Shown here: positions 11,701 to 22,167 of the stretch, piece after piece | How positions within the stretch are numbered: position 1 is the first letter of the stretch | Layout of the letters: each line of letters starts with the position of its first letter | Origin: Reclinomonas americana ATCC 50394 | Taxonomy: Eukaryota | Assembly (NCBI GenBank): GCA_048213135.1 | Contig: PS015017.1 | Coordinates: 91,349 to 127,130 of the forward strand | Reading direction: 5' to 3' | Length of the DNA stretch: 35,782 nt | The notes under the pieces: model-generated | What the model saw: only the letters and a program-made list of their open reading frames with translations | What the model was told of the DNA's origin: nothing | Database searches by the model: none | Made by a program: the position numbers and the translations under genes

Positions 11701-13264
11701 CTCCAAGAGCCCCCTAAGTGCGGCCTTTTTTCCCCCTCACGGTGTGCTGACTTCTTCTTTCTCCTCCTCCTCCTCCTCCTCCTCCTCCTCCTCCTCCTCC
11801 TCCTCCTCCCTCGCACACAGAACGAAGCGCTTGGCTTTGTCAGCAGCGTGCGCAATATGAAGTATCGCATGACGTTCTACGCGGCCCTCACCAAGCTGCT
11901 GGTCACCGAGCCGGATGCGGAGAACAAGTTCCAGGCCTTCCTGCAACCGCTACACGACGCCTCCATGGAGCTCCAGGACGCGCTGGCCAATGGCAACCAC
12001 ATGGATCCGGCCGTGCGCATGGCGCTGGTGGGCTGGATGCGCGACACACGAGGTGTGCTGTCGGCGCTGCTCAACCGCCGCAACTACAACATGTTTTTCG
12101 AGTGGATCTATCCGCAACACATGCCACTGCTGGAGGGTGCGGTGGAGCTGTGCTGCGATTCGGTGGAGGTCAGCATTGCGTTGCTGAAGCTGCTGTCGGA
12201 GTTGGTGCACAATCGCTCCGACCGCATCCTCTTTGATTCGTCGTCGCCGAACGGCATCCTCCTGTTCAAGCACACCAGCAAGATCCTGGTCACGTACGGC
12301 GACCGCACCTCCCGCCTGGCAGTCTACCAAGACGCCTACAAGGAGAAGTACCGAGGCATCTGTGCCTGCTTGGCCACCCTGTCGCGCTCGCTCAACGGCA
12401 ACTACTGCAATTTTGGCGTCTTCCAGTTGTACAATGATCCGGCTCTGGTGGATGCACTGCACGTGTGCATTACGCTGGCGCTCTCGATTCCGCTGAATGA
12501 TTTGATGGTGTGTGTGCTTGTGGGCGCTGCGTGCAATACGTCTGGTTGACTGACTGCGCGCGGGATACAGTCGTACCCGAAAGTTTGCAAGGCCTACTTC
12601 CACGTGCTACAGACGCTGTTCCACAAGTACATGAACATCGTGGTCATGTTCGACACCAACATGTTCCTGCAGCTGCTGCAGTCGATTGAGGTGAGTGTGG
12701 CTGCTCTGCTGCCGTGCTGCGTGTGACTGCTGCTCACAAATCCAGAAAAAACAACGAGCAGGAGGGCATTCAGAGCATCGACACGAGCATCTCCAGCCAG
12801 AGCTGTGTGGCGCTCGACCACGTGGTCACCTTCTTCTGGAAGGAGAGCCTGAAGGGCAGCGAATACTTCCAGAAGATGCAGGCGCACCTGTCCATGCAGC
12901 CGGATCTGATGCCGCGCATGCTGGCTGTGTTGCTCAACATGATTCTGTACGAGGAGAGCAACAACCAGTGGTCCCTGTCACGGCCGTTGCTCACCCTCAT
13001 TGTCACCTACACCGAGGTTGGTTGCGCGCCTTTGGTATCTTGGCAGTTGTGCATTGGTAACAAATACTCATGTCGTTGCCGCAGGACTTTGATCGTCTGA
13101 AGGCCGAGGTGGCGGCGACGCTGGATGGTGAGCGGCAAAATCTGCTCATGCAGGCGTTTGATACGCTGATGGACAAGGTGTTGCCGAACTTGGACCCGAG
13201 AAACCGCGACGTGTTTACGCAAAACATGACCTTCTTCCGAACAACAGTCAAGGGCTTCTTGTAG
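8736..13264 (+). CDS. XPO7: Exportin-7 / RanBP16-like importin-beta family receptor; 13 introns; Gly-rich N-terminal extension
   Basis: LDRSAAPYAQYFAA, LTQHRKVAIHFRD, CLSFDFVGIFPDDSSEDIGTVQMPVTWR, LASVRRSLF, HELSRLLARIK, QQFRRVYIGEQ, FDSSSPNGILLF, GNYCNFGVFQLYND, NQWSLSRPLL, NRDVFTQN; stop TAG 13262-13264. The start codon is less certain. Confidence 0.95.
11761..11808 (+). repeat. (CTC)n microsatellite inside an XPO7 intron
   Basis: Pure ctc repeat within intron 11694-11820. Confidence 0.95.
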
Positions 13265-14197
13265 CTGTGGCGTCTCTCGTCTCGTATGTGCATGGTTGCT
13301 GGTGCAGTGAGATTTGCCCGCTACCATTGATTATTGAATGAAGAAGAAGAAAAACAAGCAAGTGTGAGTCTTGGTGGTGGAGAATGCGATTGAAAAAATG
13401 GACGCGATTAATCAACCACAGAAGCATCACGATTACCGCCAACATGTGTACAAGAGACAGAGAGGTCAAGGCAAAATAAGAGCCAAAAAACAGGAAAAAT
13501 AAGAAAGCTATCGCGCACCTGCACCCACGCACAGCGAATGCGAGGATGCGTTTCTTGGCCCTTCTCCCTCCACACCGCTCTTCCGATCGCCACAGACCGC
13601 GCCACCCAGTAACACGACACGCACACACACACACAACAGAGGAAAATATACGAAACACACGCATGCACACCACTCAAGGAGAGACATCAAGGAACAGGAA
13701 ACACACACACACACAAGCAAGACAAGACGAGTAGAAAACCGAGGCAAGAGAGAGAAAAGTAGTTGTAAGCTGTAGGAGAGGGGGAACCTCACATCCGACG
13801 CGGAGGAACGGCCACCCAGCATACATGCAAGGCAGCCATCACGCGCGGGGCTTGCCGCAGCGTCGACACCCTTCGCCAACCCGTCTCACCAAAATCCACG
13901 CGACAAGCGACACGGATGGAGAGAGACGAGGGGGAAAAGCGAGAGACACAGACACAGGCACACACACATACACACACTCTTGACGTGAGAGAGGGGGGGG
14001 GGGAGCGCAACAACGTGGAAAAAGAAGAGAGCGAGAGANNNNNNNNNNNNNNNNNNNNNNNNNNNNNNNNNNNNNNNNNNNNNNNNNNNNNNNNNNNNNN
14101 NNNNNNNNNNNNNNNNNNNNNNNNNNNNNNNNNNNNNNNNNNNNNNNNNNNNNNNNNNNNNNNNNNNNNNNNNNNNNNNNNNNNNNNNNNNNNNNNN

Positions 14198-14764
14198 ACG
14201 GACAGTTCCACGACCTGCTCCGCCTGCTGCGACTCGGTGGCTTCCACCCGAGGTGCGTCTTGTGTTTCTCCCTCTATCCCTCTCCTTTCTCTCCCTCTCC
14301 CTCTCTCTCTCTCTGCTCACGTGGAGGCAACTGCCGGCCTTCTGCAGAGCAACTACTTGTTCCTGGGAGACTACGTCGACCGCGGACGGCAGAGCATCGA
14401 AACCATTTGCTTGGTGTTGGCGTACAAGATCAAGTATCCGGAAAACTTCTTCTGCTTGCGAGGCAACCACGAGAGCCAGGCCATTTGCCGAATCTACGGC
14501 TTCTACGAAGAATGTGCGTGTTGTTGTGCGTGGCCTGCCCCTTTCCCATCTACTTCCTCCTCACGTGCTCTTCTCGCACGCGAACAGGCCGACGACGGTA
14601 CTCGGTCAGGCTGTGGAAGAGCTTTTGCAGTTGCTTCGACTGCCTGCCAGTGGCGGCGGTGATTGAGGACAAAATCTTTTGCGTGCACGGCGGCTTGTCG
14701 CCAGACCTGCACTCGCTCGACGACATTGTGACCATTCGGCGTCCCACCGACGTGCCAGAAATGG
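14198..14764 (+). CDS. PPP1C: Ser/Thr protein phosphatase PP1-type catalytic subunit; partial, both ends in gaps
   Basis: [80 protein letters not shown]; introns 14253-14347 and 14514-14587, further donor at 14765. Confidence 0.93.
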
Positions 14765-14809
14765 GTACGTGTGCTGCGCGTGCCCCCCCNNNNNNNNNNN
14801 NNNNNNNNN

Positions 14810-17800
14810 GGATGAAGCACAACTGGAACCGGTGCTCCTCTTCCATCGTCATCGTCGTCGTCTTCATCCTCCTCATCCTCATCATCCTCATCCTGGTCCT
14901 CCAACTCCTCCTGCTCCACGTCGCTCTCATCACTGTCAGCAACCGGAGCAGAAGGCGGCGGCACTTCAGGCATCCTCTTCTCCACCTGCTCCTCCTCCTT
15001 CTCCTGCTGCTCCTCCTCGTCCTCATCCTCCTCACTGCTCTCATCATCAGAGACCACCTCAGGTCGTGAGAATGGCGCAGTGGGTGCGACGGCCAGCGGC
15101 ACATCGTCCTTCTCCTCCTCCTGCTCCACGACCACTTCGTCGACTCCCTCGTTTTCGCCCACAACCTCGACCTCCTCCTGCATATGTTGCTGCTGCTGCT
15201 GTTGCAGTTGTGGCGCAGCTGCTAATCTGTGCTCCACGGCAGGTGCTGCAGCTGACTTGGCCGACGGTGGATGCGGCTGCTCGTCGTCATCGTCATCCTC
15301 GTCGCCAAGTGAGCCATGCGAGAGTGCATCGTCCTCCACCGGTGACGACGGCTCCGCTTCGTGAATGTCGTCGGTTGACGGGGGCGGCGAAGGCGGTCCC
15401 GGCTCACGCGGTGCGCGCGGAAGGGTCGCCGAGGCCGGCAGTGTCGGAGGCGAGCCAACAGGCAGACTGTTGGAACGCATCAACGGCAACGACAGCTGCG
15501 GCGGACCGCCGGGTTGCTTGCCCGGCGGTGGCGGGGGTGGACGACTGGCGGGTGGTGGCGGGACGGCAGAGCGAGGTGACGAGGGTGGCGACGGTGAATG
15601 CGAGGAGGGTGGTGTGGTGGAGAGCGTACGCCCGGGTGGAGGCGGTGGCGGTCGTGAGGCCGGTGGCGGCGGGAGCGGTCCGCCACTGCGCGGCGACGTC
15701 GGCGGCGACTCGAGTGGTTTCTTGGACAGCGATGGANNNNNNNNNNNNNNNNNNNNTCCACAGCAGACAGCTGCAGAGGCGGCACCACCTGCGGTGACGG
15801 CTTTGTCGCTGGCGGTGCTGATGGGGTTTCCTGCTTGGCGGGGGGAGCCGGAATGGCGGCCGACGGTGGCTTCGGCTGCTCCTGGCGATCCAAGTGCAGC
15901 AGCACAGCCGACAGACTCATCATCAGGCCGCTGATGCGCTCGTGGCGCTGCCGAGCCTCCACATTGTAGGGATCGTTGGCCATCTCGTCCTGCAGCGATG
16001 CAGCCGATTGTGACAAGGCCTGTCGCGCCACTGTCAACAAATGCGGCGGCAACGATGTCGGATGCACGCTGATCAAATCGCCCAGCACATCAATGGCATC
16101 GTCCACCAGCCACGTTCCCAGACTGCCGACCGAACCCTCCGATCCTCCTCTGTCGGCACTCTCCGGCAGCAGCCACGCACACAATCGACCAATCAGCATC
16201 TGCATGTCTGTCGAATCGATCGTCCACAAGCCTTGGGAGCCTGCCGAGAGGGATAGTGCAAGGTGAGGGAGAACACAGATTGCCCCCCCTGTGTGCACTG
16301 CTCACCAATGCGCTTGAGGAAGCGATTCAAAAGCACGTCATCGCGTGGATGCTCGAGTGCGAGGTGCAGTGCCTCGCCAGCACGTCCCGACGCCGCCAGT
16401 CGCAACATGCGGTCCCACAAGCTCTCCGACTTTTCGTTACTCGACACTGCGGATTTTTTCTTGGAGTGAGCGACGGGGACACAATGCAGTGCCATAATGC
16501 AGCGCCGAGGACGCACCGAGCATGTTGGCAGAGAACACTTGGAAGCGACCACGAGTGCGCCCTTTGCCGGTGAGGCCACCCGAGTGGAGTGGCGATGTGG
16601 AGCGTGGAGAGCGTGGTGATCGTGGAGACTGGTCGCCGGGTGAAATCACACCACTGCGACCGGGTGACACTGGTGGCCGCTGTGCGCCAGCTGCACTGTC
16701 ACGTGGTGTGGTGGGCATACTGTTGGTGGCCGACGGCGGTGGCGTGAGNNNNNNNNNNNNNNNNNNNNNNNNNNNNNNNNNNNNNNNNNNNNNNNNNNNN
16801 NNNNNNNNNNNNNNNNNNNNNNNNNNNNNNNNNNNNNNNNNNNNNNNNNNNNNNNNNNNNNNNNNNNNNNNNNNNNNNNNNNNNNNNNNNNNNNNNNNNN
16901 NNNNNNNNNNNNNNNNNNNNNNNNNNNNNNNNNNNNNNNNNNNNNNNNNNNNNNNNNNNNNNNNNNNNNNNNNNNNNNNNNNNNNNNNNNNNNNNNNNNN
17001 NNNNNNNNNNNNNNNNNNNNNNNNNNNNNNNNNNNNNNNNNNNNNNNNNNNNNNNNNNNNNNNNNNNNNNNNNNNNNNNNNNNNNNNNNNNNNNNNNNNN
17101 NNNNNNNNNNNNNNNNNNNNNNNNNNNNNNNNNNNNNNNNNNNNNNNNNCCCCGAACGTGCCTTGGTCGCCATGAGGCTCGCCCTCTGCCTCTCCCGAAG
17201 ATCACGCTCCGTGGGCACACCCGACAGCTGCAACACTCGCTCCTCTAATGCCTCCACGCGCGCAGTCAACAGGTTGATGGTGCGCACGCTGTTGGATAGG
17301 AGCTCATTCACATTGACCTCGAACTGGCGTTGTGACTGCGGCAGCGGGATTTCAGCACAAGAAGGCAGATTGAAAACGAAACACACACGCACAAACACAC
17401 ACCTCAGCCATGCGTGTCACTTGCGAGACAATCTCCTCCAGTCGCTTCTCTAATCGCTCCGAGCGAATGTCACTCACAGTGGGCGACCGAGCAGTGTCTT
17501 GTCCGCCCTCGTCGGTGGCCGTGATTTCCAGTGTGGCCAGCTGCTGCTGTCGTTGCTGTTGCTGCTGCTGCTGTTGCTGCAGCTGCTCGATGGCGCGCTT
17601 GCGAGCGGCGGACACTGCCTCCACCGACGGCACTCGGACAACGCGAGGGGCTTCGGCGGCACGCTTGGCGATCCGACGAGCCGAGATTCGCACGGCATCG
17701 ACGCTGCTCAGAATCGGTGTACCCGACAGACCCAGCACCACGCTCCGCGTGGCACCGTTGCCGCGGGGACTGTGGTTGCCGTTGGCGGTTGTTGGTGAAT

Positions 17801-18822
17801 CGCGATCACTGCTGGGCGAGGTGTAGGTCGTCGAGCTGCTGGGCGAGTGGCCTCGTATCCTCATCACTTGTGGCTGGAACTTGGTCGCCTCGCTTGCCCG
17901 CGGCGACAACCGATGCGTCACAGAAGCGGCTGGAGGCGACTCAAGGTGCAGCGCTGGTAGTAGTGGCGAGACGGCAGCAGAAGCAGTACCATTCGACGAC
18001 GACGCCGATCCGACACGAACCACCAGCGGACCACCGCCAGCACCACCACCGTCGGTCGGTGCCACGGCTTCACCTTCGCTGTCGGCTGCAGGTTGCGAAT
18101 ACAATTCTTTCAGTCAATCACCATGCAGTGCAACCAGGAAAGCGCAGGCGGCGGCACGCGCAACTGTCTCCATTGGCATCAAACAACTCATTGTCGCCGT
18201 CGCTTCCGTCGTCATCGTCGTCCTCAATGATACCAGCCGCGATTCGATCCTCGCGCGACATGAGCGGCGGCGGTGATCGAGCACTGGCGGCAGCCGAAGC
18301 GGACGAAGCAGGTGATCCCGTGTCGGTGCGCGACGAAGGCGGCACACGCTTTGGCGAGCGTGGTGGCTTGGGAGATGGCCGATTCAGCGCGCGATCGACA
18401 GGCGACGGACACACCGACTCGAATGTCGACAGCGCCTCTTCGGCTTCCTCGCGCACCGGACGCATCTTGTCACGTTTGGCCACCGCCAGTGTGCCAATGG
18501 CCTCCGAGCGCAATGCAGTGGCCTGCGCCACCACGGTAGGCGGCACTGGGAAATTACCGTGAACCTCCACTCGTCGTTCGCGCCGAGCTGCACTATCGAC
18601 GTTAGACAACAACAAGAGCAACGAGACAGTGCTCGGCGATGAGCAGTGGTGACGCAACCGGCTCCACGAGGCGACGCCAACTCCTCAATGTCGGCCACAC
18701 CTCGCATCGGCGGCGCCAGATGGCGCGACGTCATGCCCAGGAAGCGAACGGCGGCTCGCCGTGATGTCCAACTGATGGACTTGCGCACCTCGGCCGACGC
18801 CAGCGAGATCCACTGCGTTGTC

Positions 18823-18893
<71 letters not shown>

Positions 18894-19109
18894 CGCACAA
18901 CCAACCAAACCGTAAACGTACGCCGCTACGTCGGCGGTCGGACGGTACGGTCGACTACGTCGTCGTACGTACTACAACCTACGTCGACCGNNNNNNNNNN
19001 NNNNNNNNNNCGGGACGGACGGCCGTCCGGACGTAGTCGTACCTACGTACTAGACGTACGTCGTCGACCACCGTCCGACCGGCCGACGACGACGAGACAC
19101 TACACGTCG

Positions 19110-19185
<76 letters not shown>

Positions 19186-20442
19186 ACACACCCAAAAGTA
19201 AGCCGCACTGCGTCGCGACGGTGCACTGCGTGATCAACCATGCACACCTGCTGCAAATGCTGGAAAAACGGGTCGCGCCACGCGACAACGTGACCGTCTT
19301 GCTCGGCCACATGCAAGTGAGCGAGGGCGGCCTCAGAAAGAGCACGCGCGCTCTCAAAGAAGGGCGACTTGGTTTCGCCAGGTCGCATGGACTTGAGCAG
19401 CAGGCCAGACACCACCGAGAGAATCGAATAACGGGTGACGGCGTCGCTGTCGTCGGGATCGACTTCCTCGTTGGTCTTCGAGTGGCGCAGCAGCAGTGAC
19501 TTGCCGGCCGTGAACATGCGACCCATGCACATGGCTGCACTCAGACCCGTGCTCTCCCGCAACTGACTGCTGCGCATCAACTCCAGTAGCGATTCGACCA
19601 GCGACAGCAGCGGGATCGTGTTGTTCTCCACACAACAGTGATACACCACGCGCTCGGCAGCATCCGCGCAGGCCATCTTCACCTCGCGTTCTGCATCCTT
19701 CATGCGCTCCTTCAGCAGGCGGAACAGGCGCTGCACGTGACCAATCGCCAAGTGCGCCCCGTATCGCTGACAAATCTCGCCCGCAATCTACAACGCACAC
19801 GTCGTCAATCAACACTCTTTCAACTCAACTCACCCGCTCCCCTCTCAACGCACCATCGCACACGACTGGCGGAACCACAGCGTCCCGCCTCCACCCATCA
19901 GATCCGACACTGCACCCGTGCCGCTTCCACCGCCTCCACCCGCACCTCCACTCAATCCGTGCCCACCCATGGCCGACACCAACGACGACAACGCCGACAC
20001 ACCACCTCCACTGTTGCCGAACTTGATCTCCGACGACAGCTGCTCCGCCAGCGCGTGTAACCGTCGCGGAAACATGTCATCGTCCTCGGGCCCTGATATG
20101 ATAATGTATGCCAAAAAGTGTGTGAGCTTCGCATCGGATGGGAGCGGGCCCTGATTGCGACAAACCTGCTTGTGCGAGAAGAGCACGCAGTTCATTGCGC
20201 CCGCGCTCCACAGTGTCTCGATTGTCGCACAGCAAAAGTGCCTTGGCCACCTGCGACACACACACATGAACGAGAGTCGCTCAATACCNNNNNNNNNNNN
20301 NNNNNNNNACGTACACACATCGATCGAGCACGCATGCGTGTGCGTGCGTGTGGGAGGCGCACGTGCATGTGCGCGAGAGAGTGGGATGAGTGCGCACCTG
20401 CTGATGCCACGTTTGGAGACGCGCAAGCACGAGCGCCGACAT
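14810..20442 (-). CDS. TORTIFOLIA1/SPIRAL2-like microtubule-associated protein (N-terminal HEAT array, coiled coil, C-terminal helical domain, Pro-rich/acidic tail); 3' end in a gap
   Basis: ATG 20442, exon 1 20442-20398. Spliced protein contains ALLLCDNRDTVERGRNEL, HVQRLFRLLKERMKDAEREVKMAC, SWTSRRAA, KRDKMRPVREEAEEAL, LTARVEALEERV, LWDRMLRLAASGRAGEALHLALEHPRDDVLLNRFLKRIG. These recall Arabidopsis SPR2 motifs (KLADRDT, KRLKDSDSGVRDAC, DWVTRKAA, RFDKIKPVRE, LENRVRGLE) in the same order. Confidence 0.8.
18823..18891. repeat. (CA)n microsatellite, intronic
   Basis: Long pure ac dinucleotide run. Confidence 0.95.
19114..19181. repeat. (CA)n microsatellite, intronic
   Basis: Long pure ac dinucleotide run; may be the same repeat as 18823-18891 assembled twice across the gap. 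Confidence 0.9.
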
Positions 20443-20523
20443 TGTGAGTGAACGATTGTTGGGACAGACGTGCCAGCGAGCACTGTCCTCCCGCCACTTT
20501 CCGCACCAAAGGGTTTGCTGTGA
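20443..20523. promoter_or_regulatory. Putative 81-bp bidirectional promoter/5'UTR region between the SPR2-like and primase genes
   Basis: Divergent ATGs at 20442 (-) and 20524 (+). Confidence 0.6.
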
Positions 20524-22152
20524 ATGGCGAAGCGGACACGAGACGACGAGGATCGCGCAGTGGTGCCGCGTGATGCGGCCATGGAGGCCGACACGAAGAC
20601 ACTGATGTCGTTCTACTACAGTTCTGTGCACGCACGCACGCAAGTGTGTGTGATTCAAGAAAAAAGTGCTCACTTTTTTGCCTCTCACACACACACAGGC
20701 CGCTTCTTCCCGTACCGCGAGATGCACCGCTGGCTGAGCTATGGAGACGGTGCGTTTCTGTCTCTTTCTCTCTCTCTCACACAGTTGGTGTGTGCCCCTC
20801 ATGAATGTGAGTTGGCGCAGTGGACACCTTCCAGCGACGCGAGTTCTCCTTCACAATCGGCGGCGACGTGTACATTCGCTACAAGTCGTTCCGCGATGTG
20901 GATGAATTTGCGGCGCAAGTGCGAGAGATGATGCCCGACAAGATCGACATTGGCGCCGTCTTCAACATCATGCCGCGCAATCATGCCTCGGTGGCCTCGG
21001 GCAAGTTCTACCCACTGCAGCGTGAATTCGTGGTGGATATCGACTTTAGCGATTACAACGACGTGTGGTCGCTGGGCCGCGGCACTGGCAGTGAGGATGG
21101 TGGCGGTGCGCTGGTGAACAGCGAGTGGCCGGTGATGGTGGCTGCGGTGCAGTGCCTGACGCGTCTCCTGACCGAGTGCTTCGGCTTCGAGGACATTATG
21201 TGGGTCTACTCGGGTCGCCGTGGTGTCCACGGATGGGTGTGCGACGCGGAGGCACGCAACATGACCAACGAGGCCAGAAGCGCAGTGGCCGACTTCTTGC
21301 AGGTCTACAAGGGCAGCGACAAGTCGGCCGATCGTGTTCGTCTGGGACCCGGCAAGCGTGTGCATCCCGCCTTCCGTGCCGTGTTCGAGGAGATCCTGCA
21401 GCCCATCTTCCTGATGGTGGCCGAGGAGCAGGAGTGGCTCCTTCGACCCGCTGGCCAGCAGTACATTCTCGACATGTGCATGAATCACGGTGTGTGTGTG
21501 CCAAGTGTGTGCATGTATGTGTGTGACAGGAGCTTCTTGCGCACTCACCTTTCCCGCTGACAGAGTTGCGGGAGGAGATCTCGCGACAGTGGACGGAGCG
21601 ACGCGGCGAGACCAACTCGACCGGCATGTATCAGCTGCTGTGTCGTGTGTGCAAGCGGTTTGCCGAGACGAGCCGCACAGCGACGGCGGCCGCCGCTGCC
21701 ACCTTCCCCATGGAGGTGGTGTTTGCATTCCTGTATCCGCGCCTCGATATCAACGTCTCCAAGGGCATCAATCACTTGCTGAAGACGCCCTTTGCCGTGC
21801 ACCCCAAGACCGGTACGCACCGCTGCTCTTTTTTTTTTTGTGGACGACAGCAAAAGCAACAACAAATCCAAATGCGCCGTCTCGTGCAGGTCGTGTGTGC
21901 GTGCCGTTGCCAGTGGACACAGTGGAGGACTTTGATCCGACAAAGGTGCCGCGCGTGTCGCAGCTGATCAACGAACTCAACACGCTCGGTGGCAACGCCG
22001 AGGATCTGGTGGCTCGCTCCTGCATCGGTCCGGCAGTGCAGCTGCTGGAGGAGTTCGTCTCGAAACTGGAACACAAGCAGCGCCTGGAGAAGCAGCGGGA
22101 TGATGTAGAGCGGCGGCAGGTGGCCGAGGCGAGAGAATGGATGGAAATGTAA
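20524..22152 (+). CDS. PRIM1: DNA primase small (catalytic) subunit; exons 20524-20620, 20699-20749, 20821-21489, 21564-21812, 21890-22152
   Basis: [84 protein letters not shown]; stop TAA. Confidence 0.97.
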
Positions 22153-22167
22153 ATGTCAATTGTGTGT

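Noticed and set aside
14241-14252. Apparent frameshift in PP1 (ttccacccgag)
   Set aside because: Adding one C restores the canonical GGFPPE|SNYLFLG, so a homopolymer undercall near a contig end is more likely than pseudogenisation or programmed frameshifting; check raw reads
14765-14830. Apparent truncation or collision of PP1 with the SPR2-like gene
   Set aside because: Both 3' ends disappear into a 20-N placeholder gap whose true size must be larger; an assembly issue
18893-19113. Strange ACGT/TACG/GTCG-rich quasi-palindromic sequence around a 20-N gap
   Set aside because: It lies directly after long (CA)n runs at contig ends and cycles through T-A-C-G, the signature of dephased 454 pyrosequencing read tails; an artefact, not a repeat array or element
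2374-20442. Microtubule minus-end gene cluster (kinesin-14 plus SPR2-like)
   Set aside because: The two are separated by three unrelated housekeeping genes; nothing supports more than chance
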